DNA from: an uncultured Nitrososphaerota archaeon | GTDB lineage: Archaea; Thermoproteota; Nitrososphaeria; Nitrososphaerales; Nitrosopumilaceae | Assembly: GCA_963701075.1 (NCBI GenBank) | Contig: OY969559.1 | Span: 800,001-864,000 of the forward strand | Direction of reading: 5' to 3' | DNA length: 64,000 bases | Part shown: positions 22,213 through 32,201 of the stretch, piece after piece | Layout of the letters: each line of letters opens with the position of its first letter | Numbering within the stretch: the stretch's first letter is position 1 | Made by a program: the position numbers and the translations under genes | The notes under the pieces: generated by a model | Told to the model about the DNA's origin: nothing | The model's input: only the letters and a program-made list of their open reading frames with translations | The model's database searches: none

Positions 22213-23457
22213 TTGCAAGCAAGCATGATACACATTGAAAATATTAGAAAAGATTTTCCTATTCTCAAACGTAAAGTTCACAAAGACAAGGCCTTGATCT
22301 ATTTTGATAACGCAGCAACCACGCAAAAGCCAATACAAGTAATTGACGCCATAAGCAATTATTATCTAAATTATAACTCAAACATTCACAGAGCAGTTCA
22401 TGAATTGGCCGAAGAGGCAACAATGGCATATGAGAGCACCAGGGATAAGATTGTAAAATTCATCAATGCAAAGAGTCGCGAAGAGATTGTTTTTGTTAGA
22501 GGAACAACGGAGGCAATAAATCTGGTCGCTTATGCTTGGGGACGACAAAATATTAACAAAGATGACATTATAGTTACCACCGAATACGAGCATCACAGCA
22601 ATATTGTTCCATGGCAACTATTGGCAAAAGAAAAAGGTGCAAAATTAGAGTACATCGGAGTTGATGATAATGGTGAACTCTTGCTTGATCAACTTGACAA
22701 ATATTTGGAAACTGGTAGAGTGAAACTTGTTGCATTCAGTCAGATGTCAAATGTTCTTGGTACCATAACTGACTCTGAAGAAATTATCAGACGTTGCAAG
22801 AAAAAAGGAGTCAGAGTACTAGTAGATGCAGCCCAATCTGTTCCTCATCTCAAAGTAGATCTGCAAAAACTAGATTGCGACTTTTTTGCATTCTCTGCCC
22901 ATAAGATGTTAGGACCAACTGGTGTTGGTGTGCTATGGGCAAGAAAAGAACTGCTTGAAGGCATGGTTCCATTTAATGGCGGAGGAGACATGATCCGTGA
23001 GGTCCACAAGTATGAAACATCATGGAACGATCTGCCTTACAAGTTTGAGGCAGGAACTCCAAATATTGCAGATGTGATTGGATTTGCTGCTGCTATTGAT
23101 TATCTTGAAAGAATAGGGATGGATAAGGTACGCGAGCATGAGATGGAGTTAACAAAGTATGCGCTTGACAAGATTTCTCAGATAAAAGGAATAAAGCTTT
23201 ACGGACCGATGGATGTTGCAAAACGTGGCGGTGTAATATCATTTAATCTGGGAGATATTCATCCGCATGATCTTGCAACAATAATTGATGAAGATGGAGT
23301 TGCAATTCGCTCAGGACACCATTGTGCACAGGTGCTAATGGAAAGACTGGATGTTTCTGCGACTTCTCGCGCAAGCTTTTATATTTATAATACAAAGGAT
23401 GAAGTAGATGTTTTTATCAAGTCGCTCTATAGGGCAAAGGAGTTGTTTAGACTTTGA
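22213..23457 (+). CDS. sufS: Cysteine desulfurase
   Basis: DNAATTQKP, SAHKMLGPTG, RSGHHCA. Confidence 0.95.
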   Translation: MQASMIHIENIRKDFPILKRKVHKDKALIYFDNAATTQKPIQVIDAISNYYLNYNSNIHRAVHELAEEATMAYESTRDKIVKFINAKSREEIVFVRGTTEAINLVAYAWGRQNINKDDIIVTTEYEHHSNIVPWQLLAKEKGAKLEYIGVDDNGELLLDQLDKYLETGRVKLVAFSQMSNVLGTITDSEEIIRRCKKKGVRVLVDAAQSVPHLKVDLQKLDCDFFAFSAHKMLGPTGVGVLWARKELLEGMVPFNGGGDMIREVHKYETSWNDLPYKFEAGTPNIADVIGFAAAIDYLERIGMDKVREHEMELTKYALDKISQIKGIKLYGPMDVAKRGGVISFNLGDIHPHDLATIIDEDGVAIRSGHHCAQVLMERLDVSATSRASFYIYNTKDEVDVFIKSLYRAKELFRL

Positions 23458-23894
23458 GTAGTGCGGACATTTATCGAGAGATCATACTAGATTATTACAG
23501 GAATCCAAGAAATTATGGCAAGCTGACAAATCCCGATATTGCACAGAGAGACAGCAATCCACTTTGTGGCGATGAACTTGAGATGCATCTTAACATAAAT
23601 GAGAATAAAGTAGTAGACGTCAAGTTCACCGGAAAAGGATGTGCGATAAGCCAAGCCAGCGCCTCAATGCTCACTGAACTTATTATGGGAAAAAACTTTG
23701 AAGAGGTAAAGAAGCTCTCTAAAGAAGACATACTGGATAACCTTGGTCTGCATGACCTAGGACCTGCCAGAATAAAGTGTGCACTGCTATCACTTAAGGT
23801 TCTAAAATCCGGCCTGTATTCTTATCTCTTAGAGAAACTAAAGGATACAGAGTCTGCAGATAAGATAAAAGAAGAAGCCTCGGGTCTGTATTGA
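23454..23894 (+). CDS. sufU: SufU/IscU-type scaffold or sulfur-transfer protein
   Basis: NPLCGD, GCAISQAS, RIKCALL. Confidence 0.9.
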   Translation: MSSADIYREIILDYYRNPRNYGKLTNPDIAQRDSNPLCGDELEMHLNINENKVVDVKFTGKGCAISQASASMLTELIMGKNFEEVKKLSKEDILDNLGLHDLGPARIKCALLSLKVLKSGLYSYLLEKLKDTESADKIKEEASGLY

Positions 23895-23895
23895 C

Positions 23896-24234
23896 TTGAC
23901 AACCCAAACAGTGACAATACCTATTCAGATAAGAAAAATAATTTTTGAAAAGTTCAACGATCCTAATCTTAGGTTTACAAATGATGAGATTTTTGAGTTT
24001 TTACAGGGCAATGGACTTGACAGCTCTCTTACGATAGATGACATGGAGACATACTTTAAACAATTACATGATGATGGACTGATAAGACCTATTGCCCAGA
24101 ACTTTACCACCCAGTGGTTTAAGATCTTCGATGTAATTGAGAAACATAACTGCAAGTCTTGCAACCAAGAATTTTACTTGGGTAAACTGGAACCACAAGT
24201 ATGTCCAAACTCTCAGTGCAAGGCAGCTATTTAG
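23896..24234 (+). CDS. Small wHTH-like protein with C-terminal Zn ribbon
   Basis: CKSC...CPNSQC; last gene of the suf operon. Confidence 0.65.
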   Translation: MTTQTVTIPIQIRKIIFEKFNDPNLRFTNDEIFEFLQGNGLDSSLTIDDMETYFKQLHDDGLIRPIAQNFTTQWFKIFDVIEKHNCKSCNQEFYLGKLEPQVCPNSQCKAAI

Positions 24235-25435
24235 CTCTATATCTTGCAGCTGCCTCTTCTAACGCTTGAATCATTGGGAGCTTTGCACCAGTCAAATACA
24301 ATACCAGCGCACCGCCTGCAGTACTAATGTGGTTGATCTTCTCTGTTAGACCATATCTTTTCAGGGCAGCTGTTAGGTGACCTCCGCTTACTATGGTTGT
24401 GGCAAAAGAGTCAGCTACTCCCTTGAGAAGAGCTTCTGTTCCAAACTTGAAATTCTCGTTTTCAAAAAATCCGGCAGGACCGCTCATGAATACGGTACCT
24501 GCACCTTGTATTGACTTGAGATAATACTCAACCGTCTTTGGACCCAAGTCAAATATGTTATCACCCTTGATAAGCTCACGAACATCTATCTCTACTCTCT
24601 TTCCGTTTCTTTCTACCGCAATGTCTACTGGAACTGAAAAGACATCGGGATATTCTCCTATGAGAGAATGGGCCTTTTGCACTACCTCTTCTTCTCTTTT
24701 TATTCCTAGTGGAAACTTGATTCTTCCCTGTGCTCTTAGAAACACATTTGCTATTACACCAGTAAGCAGTACTTGATCAGCTCGTCCATTTTGAATCAAT
24801 TCCTTTATTGCCTCAAGCCTGTCAATCACCTTTGATCCTCCAAGGACTAGAACATGAGGCCCTTTTGTAATAGTCATTATTTCATCAAGTTTTCTTACTT
24901 CGCGTTCTACTAGTCTTCCAGCACATGCAGGAAGAACATGTGCAAATCCTATGATTGATGGATGAGATCGGTGCGAACTTGGAAAAGAATCCAGAACACA
25001 CAGATCAAACAATTTGGAGAGTCGAGTTACCATGATAGTTTGTGACGCATCGGGAGACAAGAACTCATAATTCTCTTCAGCACAAAGCCTCAAGTTATCA
25101 AGCAAGATAATGTCGCCATCTTTCATATTTTTAATTTCATTTTGAGCTGCCGATCCAATGACATCCTCGACATATTTTATTTTGCGGCCCAGAATCTGTT
25201 CTAAAACTTTGGCATGATTTTCCATCCCTGTGTAATCCTTGTTACCGACTCTTCCTTGGTGTGATGCAATCACAACCTTTGCCCCCTCCAAATCTTTGAG
25301 GGATTCGGTAGACTCCTTGATCCTACTTGTCTCAATTATCTTCATGGTAGCAGGATCTATTGGACAATTCATGTCTACACGCAAAAAGACAGTCTTACCT
25401 TTAGTATCAAAATCATCAAGAGTGAGGATTCTCAC
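24227..25435 (-). CDS. pgk: Phosphoglycerate kinase
   Basis: RVDMNCP, SHQGR, LDNLR, STAGGA. Confidence 0.95.
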   Translation of the reverse strand: MRILTLDDFDTKGKTVFLRVDMNCPIDPATMKIIETSRIKESTESLKDLEGAKVVIASHQGRVGNKDYTGMENHAKVLEQILGRKIKYVEDVIGSAAQNEIKNMKDGDIILLDNLRLCAEENYEFLSPDASQTIMVTRLSKLFDLCVLDSFPSSHRSHPSIIGFAHVLPACAGRLVEREVRKLDEIMTITKGPHVLVLGGSKVIDRLEAIKELIQNGRADQVLLTGVIANVFLRAQGRIKFPLGIKREEEVVQKAHSLIGEYPDVFSVPVDIAVERNGKRVEIDVRELIKGDNIFDLGPKTVEYYLKSIQGAGTVFMSGPAGFFENENFKFGTEALLKGVADSFATTIVSGGHLTAALKRYGLTEKINHISTAGGALVLYLTGAKLPMIQALEEAAARYRAK

Positions 25436-25500
25436 GGCGATCCTTTCTTAGGGTTGGTTAAAATCTTTTAGAAATTTGCTAGCGACGCATTAACACTTTT

Positions 25501-25722
25501 CTAGAACAATTTTTCCGTTTGGCAGTACCACAACGAACTTATATCCTCGATCAAGGAATTCCTGAACCTAGTCTGGAAGAACTCTCTGGCTTGGTTTTTG
25601 CAGTTTTTTAGAAACTCTTGCAGCCTTGCCAGTTCGCCGTCTCCCATGGATCTCACTTTCACCTCGATCCATTCCCTAGTCTTAGATCGCTCGTCTGCAG
25701 CAAAGACAACCGTCTTGGGCAT
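25501..25722 (-). pseudogene. Probable gene fragment of unknown family at the left edge of the accessory island
   Basis: Short ORF that looks more GC-rich than its neighbours; no recognisable motif. Confidence 0.3.
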
Positions 25723-25810
25723 GACTTTTCTGTAATCATCGACCCGCTCGTTCCCAAACCGATAGGCACATTCAAAGATTAAAACGCGATGCGACAGTAT
25801 ATTTCAATAA

Positions 25811-25859
25811 TCACATAGACCATCCTTGTTAATTTCTATTAATGAATGTAGATTATTAC
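25811..25859 (+). repeat. Imperfect ~50-bp inverted repeat with 29059-29107
   Basis: TCACATAGACCATCCTTGTTAATTTCTATT versus reverse complement TCACGTAGACCGTCCTTGTTAATTTCTATT. Confidence 0.75.
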
Positions 25860-26151
25860 AGATGAGCAGTACTGGGTCCTACCAGATTCATATCTTTCTA
25901 ATCTTTAGTTAGCTTGATTTCGATCCATTCGTAAAAAAAGTAGATATAACAGCCGGAAAATAGAAGTTATTTCGATGAACCCCTCCGAACAAATCGACTT
26001 CAGTTTAGTCAGGGGATCTCTTGCTGACAGTCGGTACAAGTTCAAGAAATGTTGATGCAAAATATTCAAGTAAGCTATTGGAATAGCTACCAAACTCCTT
26101 CTATAATTTTTTATTAAATTCTACGATAATCTGAGCAAGCCTCAGTTCACA

Positions 26152-26364
26152 TTACAATCTTTTATACCAAATTTTAGTCCCTGTTACACCGAGAACACAT
26201 ATAGAACTAATTAGAATGCCTACTCCTACGTAAAACAGAGAGGTATAAGACCACATATGAGGCGGATTTGTTACATAACTATCTTCATACAACATAAGAC
26301 TGCTCACAGGCAATAAGCACATCCCTATTACCATCCACATTTTCTGTTCTGACGTAGGATGCAT
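26152..26364 (-). CDS. Small two-TM membrane protein
   Basis: Two hydrophobic segments; directly downstream of tfb. Confidence 0.55.
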   Translation of the reverse strand: MHPTSEQKMWMVIGMCLLPVSSLMLYEDSYVTNPPHMWSYTSLFYVGVGILISSICVLGVTGTKIWYKRL

Positions 26365-26373
26365 GGTACCACA

Positions 26374-27291
26374 TTAGCCTGTTTTAGATCTAGTGAATCT
26401 CTCAAGCCAATGGTATCCAATTTTTATCGTGGTCGTAGTCACGCCAGAGGCTCTTGCGATATCACCCTGTGACTTGTTCTCGTGATTTATTACACACGAT
26501 AAATACAGAGCCGAGGCGGCAATCCCCATTGGTTCCCTTCCTGCAAGAATTCCCTTTTTGGTTGCATCATATATTATCTGTAATGCTGTTCTCTTTGCCT
26601 TCTCACCTAGTCCTGCAATACTTGCTATTCTTGAGACACATTTCAGTGGATCTGCTACCGGCATCTTCAAGTCAAATTCTTTTATAATCGCCCTATATGA
26701 TCTTGCAAGTTCGTTTTTAGAAATGTCGGCAGCCTTGGCTACCTCTTGAATAGTTCTTGGGACATCGTTTTTTCTGCAAACAACATAAAGCGAACCTGCC
26801 ACCATTCCATTTAATGTTCTTCCTCTGAGAAGACCAGTCTCCTTTGATTTTCTGAAAATATATGCAGCTTCTTCAAGCAGATTGTCCGATAGGACAAGAT
26901 TCTCTTTTAATTTGTTAAGAGTCTCGAGTCCTCTTTTCAATGCATTACCAGAGCTATTGATGTAACTCCTGCTGTCCCATATTCTCAGACGTTCTATCGT
27001 TTCTTTCATGTGTGAAGAAAGTGGCTTTCCAAATGCATCCTTATCCTTTTGTCCTATTACGGTCGAGAGTCCCATGTCAAACATGGCAAGAGAAGTAGAA
27101 TTTCCAATTCTGGTATTCTTTTCTCCTTGATCTGTAAACGATCTTCGTTCCTGTCTATGATCTTCAACCCTTTCAAAAACCACAAAACCACAGTTATCGC
27201 AAGTCAATTCACCAGCTGGTACATCATGAATTATAGAGCCTGTTCCACATCTTGGACACTTTTCTTGCATGGTCATAATTTTTCCTTTCAT
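26374..27291 (-). CDS. tfb: Transcription initiation factor IIB (accessory paralogue)
   Basis: CPRC..CDNC Zn ribbon and two cyclin repeats (GLLRGR, PRTIQEV, ILAGREP). Confidence 0.92.
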   Translation of the reverse strand: MKGKIMTMQEKCPRCGTGSIIHDVPAGELTCDNCGFVVFERVEDHRQERRSFTDQGEKNTRIGNSTSLAMFDMGLSTVIGQKDKDAFGKPLSSHMKETIERLRIWDSRSYINSSGNALKRGLETLNKLKENLVLSDNLLEEAAYIFRKSKETGLLRGRTLNGMVAGSLYVVCRKNDVPRTIQEVAKAADISKNELARSYRAIIKEFDLKMPVADPLKCVSRIASIAGLGEKAKRTALQIIYDATKKGILAGREPMGIAASALYLSCVINHENKSQGDIARASGVTTTTIKIGYHWLERFTRSKTG

Positions 27292-27421
27292 TTGAAGAAC
27301 CCCATAAAGTGAATGAATGTAACAGAAAAATTTTTAGACAATTTTCTTTTCAAACCTAAAGTGTTACACTTGATATTTAGAAGATGATGAACATTGTTAA
27401 TCCAGATATAAAAATCAAGGT

Positions 27422-28075
27422 ATGGAATTAAACTTGGAAAAATATGTTTGGCTAGTCAAGGGTGAATCTGTGGTCAGTGTCTTTGTTTATTTAACGATAG
27501 GATCAACCATCCTCACATCTGTAATCATTGGAATAATTTTGCTGTCAACCTGTTCTGTATCTATTGCTCATGCCCAAGTTCAATCGCTACAACAAAATGG
27601 ATTGACAAATAACGGGACCAACGTGCAGGTATTTGAAAATAAAAAATATGATATCAAAATTGAATTTACAACCGAGCCGAACAGACCTACGATATCAAAT
27701 TATACGATGCTTAAATTTAGCGTACAGCACATCAACGGAAGACCAATAAAAAATTTTGTTGCGCATGTTACGAAATTTACTCCAAGTTCTAATCTCACCT
27801 TTACAGGTTCGCAGTACTACCAGTTCAGCCCAATTAATGTCACAAATGGGAATTTTTCTGTACAATATTTTTTTCCAAGCTCTGGACTTTACAGAATCCT
27901 TCTACGCATAGAACCTAATGGTGTGCTCATCGATGCACCGTTTAGTGTATTTATACACAATACTTCGTTTCAAACTACTGATGACATTCTGATATATGGT
28001 GGAATAGCAGCCGCTGCAGTGGGAGGAGGTATTGTTGTTTATTTCAAGTCTAGAAAACGTCCTTCTGTGTTTTAA
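27422..28075 (+). CDS. Exported Ig-like (YtkA/FixH-like) protein with C-terminal TM anchor
   Basis: Signal ending AHA; GNFSVQYFFPSSGLY resembles 32935..33483; real start may be GTG near 27470. Confidence 0.65.
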   Translation: MELNLEKYVWLVKGESVVSVFVYLTIGSTILTSVIIGIILLSTCSVSIAHAQVQSLQQNGLTNNGTNVQVFENKKYDIKIEFTTEPNRPTISNYTMLKFSVQHINGRPIKNFVAHVTKFTPSSNLTFTGSQYYQFSPINVTNGNFSVQYFFPSSGLYRILLRIEPNGVLIDAPFSVFIHNTSFQTTDDILIYGGIAAAAVGGGIVVYFKSRKRPSVF

Positions 28076-28186
28076 ATCTGTTAATTCCAAGCTGGTTTCA
28101 AATTATGGATACATAGCATGGAATTTGAAGGGAAACATACTGTTAGATCTTCAAATGGAAGACATCGAACTAATTATGAAGTGCTC

Positions 28187-28873
28187 TCAACTTTGACAGG
28201 CTAAAAGATGTGTCAGTGGATCTTTAAGAGAGATCAACTCGTAAGAATATCCTAGATTCTGGTCTGGATAATAATACTGAGCCTTGACTGGGAGCGGAAG
28301 ATTGTCAGCAATCCACACCGTATTGTTTTTTCCATTTGGTTCCATGTATGATAAAACGTATGTTTCAAGGGTTCCAAAGGGAAGAGCGGTCTTGGTACAG
28401 TCTCTCACTCTCATGTGTTTATGCAGTGATCCTATGTAGACATCTCCCCATGAAGCGCCGTTTGCCAGATACTTGTCAGATGTAGCATACCAGTTCATCG
28501 CAAAGATTGTGTTGTCTAGCATGTCAAAGTAAGGCTTGGCTTTCTGAGTCACGTTGGTGAAAAAGTAGACATTTCCAATTGGTATTGTCTGACTGATTGG
28601 ATCTGTTCCGTTATCTGGTTTTATTGAAACAAGCATTGTTTGCTTGCTATCATTTTTTGGCTGAAAATCCACATCCGTGTGGAACTTTGTACCGTTATAA
28701 TCAACCATGTATATCATGCTAGGATAATACTGTGAACCTTTGCCTATGTGCCATCGGCTTGCATTTATTGGTGCGGTATTAAGATGCAGATTTATAAAAA
28801 CTGGCCATACTATTCCTGCTACTGCAGCCACAACTATGATCCCAAAAAGAATCACCGGCTTGGTATATGCCAC
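28187..28873 (-). CDS. Membrane-anchored exported protein; paralogue of 7222..7899
   Basis: WHIGKGSQY, AKPYFDMLD, DNLPLPVK. Confidence 0.75.
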   Translation of the reverse strand: MAYTKPVILFGIIVVAAVAGIVWPVFINLHLNTAPINASRWHIGKGSQYYPSMIYMVDYNGTKFHTDVDFQPKNDSKQTMLVSIKPDNGTDPISQTIPIGNVYFFTNVTQKAKPYFDMLDNTIFAMNWYATSDKYLANGASWGDVYIGSLHKHMRVRDCTKTALPFGTLETYVLSYMEPNGKNNTVWIADNLPLPVKAQYYYPDQNLGYSYELISLKDPLTHLLACQS

Positions 28874-29058
28874 GTATCCTTAGTTAATCATCCAAGAATT
28901 TAATATCAGACTTAACTTGGGTTTGTCTGACATATCTGGACTACCTTTCTATGGATGATAAGAACATGAGCAGTAGAGAGGTAATGGTATTACAGTAGTT
29001 ACAAATGACGCATTTGCAGGCCATATCTAAAAATTGGAACAATAAAGCTGCTGAACTT

Positions 29059-29107
29059 GTATAATTCACATACACTAAATAGAAATTAACAAGGACGGTC
29101 TACGTGA
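29059..29107 (-). repeat. Second arm of the imperfect inverted repeat with 25811-25859
   Basis: Reverse-complement match. Confidence 0.75.
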
Positions 29108-29391
29108 CTAAGAAATATGCTGCGGTATACCAACGGGAGAAGACCATAGACCGCCTGTATCAAAATTCATTTCATATTATCTAAGGATGTTCCATCATCT
29201 TACCGTGTGTTATGTGGAACTATATTCTATGACGATATTGTTTTACTCTGAAATTATGCATCTAGTTGATAGCAGGTGGAATAGGATGTACATCCATTGC
29301 GGTATAAAACTCTGTTGCGGTGACTGATATCTGTATCAAGGTCAAAGAGCCACCGTTTAGTAACTCCTAAAACATGTTGATGCGGAAGATT

Positions 29392-29844
29392 TCAGATCTG
29401 TTTTACTTCTACCACTGTTGTCACCGTTGCATTCTTGTCATCTTGTAAAGTGCCTTCAATTACTATGGGCATGGTTTGATTATACCCTGTGATGCCATTG
29501 GAAACAAGGACTGTATCGCTATATTTTGCTGTCTGACCAGGACCAAGGTTTTTAGCTATTGTTACACGATCGTAAGGATGGCCTAAAAGCCCCATTTTCC
29601 CCATGAGAAAATGAACATTGGAAACCTGAGCTGTGCCAAAATTGATAACCTGTACAGAAAGGTGCATTATTCCACCGCCCTCTATTTTTTCACTGGCTTG
29701 CTGGATTGCCAATCCGTTATCTTCTGCAATAAAATCAAGCGAGTTTTTTTTAAAATCTGAAATTGTGCTTGTGGTATAAAGTGAGTAGGCAATGGTAGAA
29801 ATGCCGATCATTAAGCCAATTATTACGAAAAACGATCTTTTCAT
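29392..29844 (-). CDS. Membrane-anchored Ig/CARDB-like protein
   Basis: N-terminal TM; VQVINFGT...LGPGQT. Confidence 0.6.
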   Translation of the reverse strand: MKRSFFVIIGLMIGISTIAYSLYTTSTISDFKKNSLDFIAEDNGLAIQQASEKIEGGGIMHLSVQVINFGTAQVSNVHFLMGKMGLLGHPYDRVTIAKNLGPGQTAKYSDTVLVSNGITGYNQTMPIVIEGTLQDDKNATVTTVVEVKQI

Positions 29845-29856
29845 TTAGGTCGTCAT

Positions 29857-30393
29857 CTATTGGGCATATCTAAGCGTAATTGTCCTTGCACTACAATTCA
29901 ATTCAGGTTTTATGTTAAACATCCTTCCAAAGATTATTTCAAGGATTGTCTTGTGGTACAATGACCAGTTTTTGCCAAGATCGTGCTTCATGACATACGT
30001 GTGAGTGTTATTTTCTACGATATGGCTTGTTTGCACCGACGAGTTTATCATCTGCATCTCAAACCATGCCATGAAGGACTCGACGTCGATCTTTCCCTTC
30101 ATGAACAATACCATATCCCTTGCATCATCTTTGCCTATGGTGCAGGCAAGTCTAGTTACTTCTGCCTCTGTCAAGTTCTCAAAAATTTTAATGAAGACGG
30201 GCTTGGTGACACAGACAAACCCTATCTTTGGCTGATATACATCCCAGTCTAAAAAGCGCTTAAAGGCTTGACCAGCAAGGGTGTTTGTACTTATTTCCTG
30301 ATTCTCAGATTCAAGACGAAGTTTGTTGAGAAGTTCTTCGTCTATTCGAAACGTGATAGTAGCCGTCCTTTTGAACTTGGCAACCACGCTCAT
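29857..30393 (-). CDS. RHH + putative ligand-binding domain regulator, paralogue 3
   Basis: TITFRID, LFMKG, KHDLGKNWSLYH. Confidence 0.8.
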   Translation of the reverse strand: MSVVAKFKRTATITFRIDEELLNKLRLESENQEISTNTLAGQAFKRFLDWDVYQPKIGFVCVTKPVFIKIFENLTEAEVTRLACTIGKDDARDMVLFMKGKIDVESFMAWFEMQMINSSVQTSHIVENNTHTYVMKHDLGKNWSLYHKTILEIIFGRMFNIKPELNCSARTITLRYAQ

Positions 30394-30556
30394 ACCTGTC
30401 TTTCATGTATGATGTATTTAGGAAATGATTAACATTGTTAAGCAGTTTTTTGTCAGAAAATTTATTGCGTATATATGTATTTGATATTTGTACCAAAAAT
30501 CTTAAAATGCTTCTGACAAGGTACAAGATTTTTTGATTCTTGGTAAAAGTCAAGAA

Positions 30557-30724
30557 TTACATACGGAATCTAGCGTTGGCCTTGAGCTTGCTAAATAACG
30601 GCTTTCTTGCTATCCATACTAATGCTACCAGCATCCCAACAAAAATATCTTCCAGTATGGGAAATATCGTTCTCTCTTTATCTGACATGTTTTGCGGTGA
30701 CTGTATTATGGTGACAGGCCTGTG
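30557..30724 (-). pseudogene. Inverted fragment homologous to the 3' end of 32202..32873
   Basis: Encodes PVTIIQSPQNMSDKERTIFPILEDIFVG..WIAR versus PVIIVQPPPNMSDKERTIFPILEDAFVG..WIAR. Confidence 0.8.
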
Positions 30725-30829
30725 AAACCCAGCTTAATCATCTTGGATACTGCTCATCCACTAATAGAAATTAATTCAGATCCCGCTGTGTGATCAAGCT
30801 TTAAATCATTTGGAACAATAATCGAAAGT

Positions 30830-30973
30830 ATGACAGATGCGTCATGTGGATGTGAAGCGACATCAGGTACCGATAGCCTATGTGATTGTGAGATGCAGGG
30901 AGAATACCTTTGCAATGTTTCCTGTACGTGCAAATCCAAAGTTTGTAAGGCTCAGACAAAAAATTTCAGGTAA
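30830..30973 (+). CDS. 47-aa Cys-rich metallothionein-like protein, paralogue 2
   Basis: MTDASCGCEATSGTDSLCDCEMQGEYLCNVSCTCKSKVCKAQTKNFR; colinear with 6794..6937; TTTAAA box upstream. Confidence 0.8.
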   Translation: MTDASCGCEATSGTDSLCDCEMQGEYLCNVSCTCKSKVCKAQTKNFR

Positions 30974-30978
30974 ATGCT

Positions 30979-31914
30979 TTACTGTACAAGCCCGAGAAAT
31001 TTCTGGTTCTGCTTCAAGCTTGCAAAATCTTCATCCTGTATAGCCATTGCCTTCCATCTCTGGTCAATTCTTATTGCCTTCTCAAGTGTGACAAGTGCCT
31101 CTTGTCTCATGCCCTTTAGCGAACAGATTCGTGCCATGTTGTATAGCAGTTCAGCGCTGTCAGGATCGGAGAGTAGAGCCCTGTTATAAAATTCGAATGC
31201 CTCATTGATTCTACCAAGCCTTGAGAGAGCATGAGCCTTAAAAGTGGCAGCGCTGGAATATAATGATTCCACCCTGAGCGTCATATCAAACGATTCCAAC
31301 GCCTCCCTGTATCTGCCCTCCTTGTAGAGTGATATTCCCCTGTTGCACCAGAGGTGCGCGTTTTCCGAATGCATCTTCAAGGCTTTATTATAACATTCCA
31401 GTGCTTCTGTATGCCTACTCAAGCTATCAAGCACGACACCTTTGTTGTTTAATGCGGATATCTTGCCCGGATTTCTCTCTAGTATGTGATCATAAAATTC
31501 AAGTGAGTTATACGGTACGCCCCTGAAGTAATGAAAGTTTCCCACTGCAAGCAGATACTCGTCGCTTTCTGTCCAGTTCTTGTTTTGCAGCAATTGTTTT
31601 AGTCTCTCATTTTCCTCCATGGTGACAGCAATCTCTTTTCTTACTTCCTCCAACAACTTGACTGACTGCCCAGCCTTGAGTACTAGCGTTCCACCAACCT
31701 TTGCCAATCCTAGCACAACATAATTTTGATTTTCTTCAAGTTTGACCAGCAATGATTTCTCGTCCTGTAGTAGTTGTGCATCAAGTACTTTTGTCTCTTC
31801 TGATTCCAGTCTTTGCGATATGCCTTTCTTTTTCTGATCCTCTTCCTGACCTGTCTTTATTTCCTTGCTTTCTTTTTCCTCTGATGTTGGTTTTTTCCAG
31901 AATCCAAACCTCAA
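30979..31914 (-). CDS. TPR-repeat protein
   Basis: ALNNKGVVL..EALECYNKAL, WCNRG and LYNMA repeats. Confidence 0.85.
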   Translation of the reverse strand: MRFGFWKKPTSEEKESKEIKTGQEEDQKKKGISQRLESEETKVLDAQLLQDEKSLLVKLEENQNYVVLGLAKVGGTLVLKAGQSVKLLEEVRKEIAVTMEENERLKQLLQNKNWTESDEYLLAVGNFHYFRGVPYNSLEFYDHILERNPGKISALNNKGVVLDSLSRHTEALECYNKALKMHSENAHLWCNRGISLYKEGRYREALESFDMTLRVESLYSSAATFKAHALSRLGRINEAFEFYNRALLSDPDSAELLYNMARICSLKGMRQEALVTLEKAIRIDQRWKAMAIQDEDFASLKQNQKFLGLVQ

Positions 31915-32201
31915 GTCGATAATGTCTTTGTAGCATCATCTCTAATAATGTGTAATGATAATTCTCATTTTTACCAAATTAATGAATTCAAATAATTGCA
32001 ATGTATTGCTGTTGTAGCGGCAGTGTGTAAATATGCAATAAACAGAAGTTATATTTTGATTAACAAAGTTATGCCTCACTAATATGGTATGATGATGTAT
32101 ACCGCACATGGTAGTCGAAATATCCAGCAAAAGTACAAAGATGCATGCAATTTTTGTGATGGTGTGCGTGACTGGTCGGTTGTCATAGCGGTAGTAGATA
32201 A

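Noticed and set aside
25501-25722. Transposase or integrase remnant at the island border
   Set aside because: No DDE, HUH or tyrosine-recombinase motif recognisable
29115-29325. Recurrent TGCGGT hexamers in an intergenic stretch
   Set aside because: Short, irregularly spaced, and not distinguishable from chance by eye
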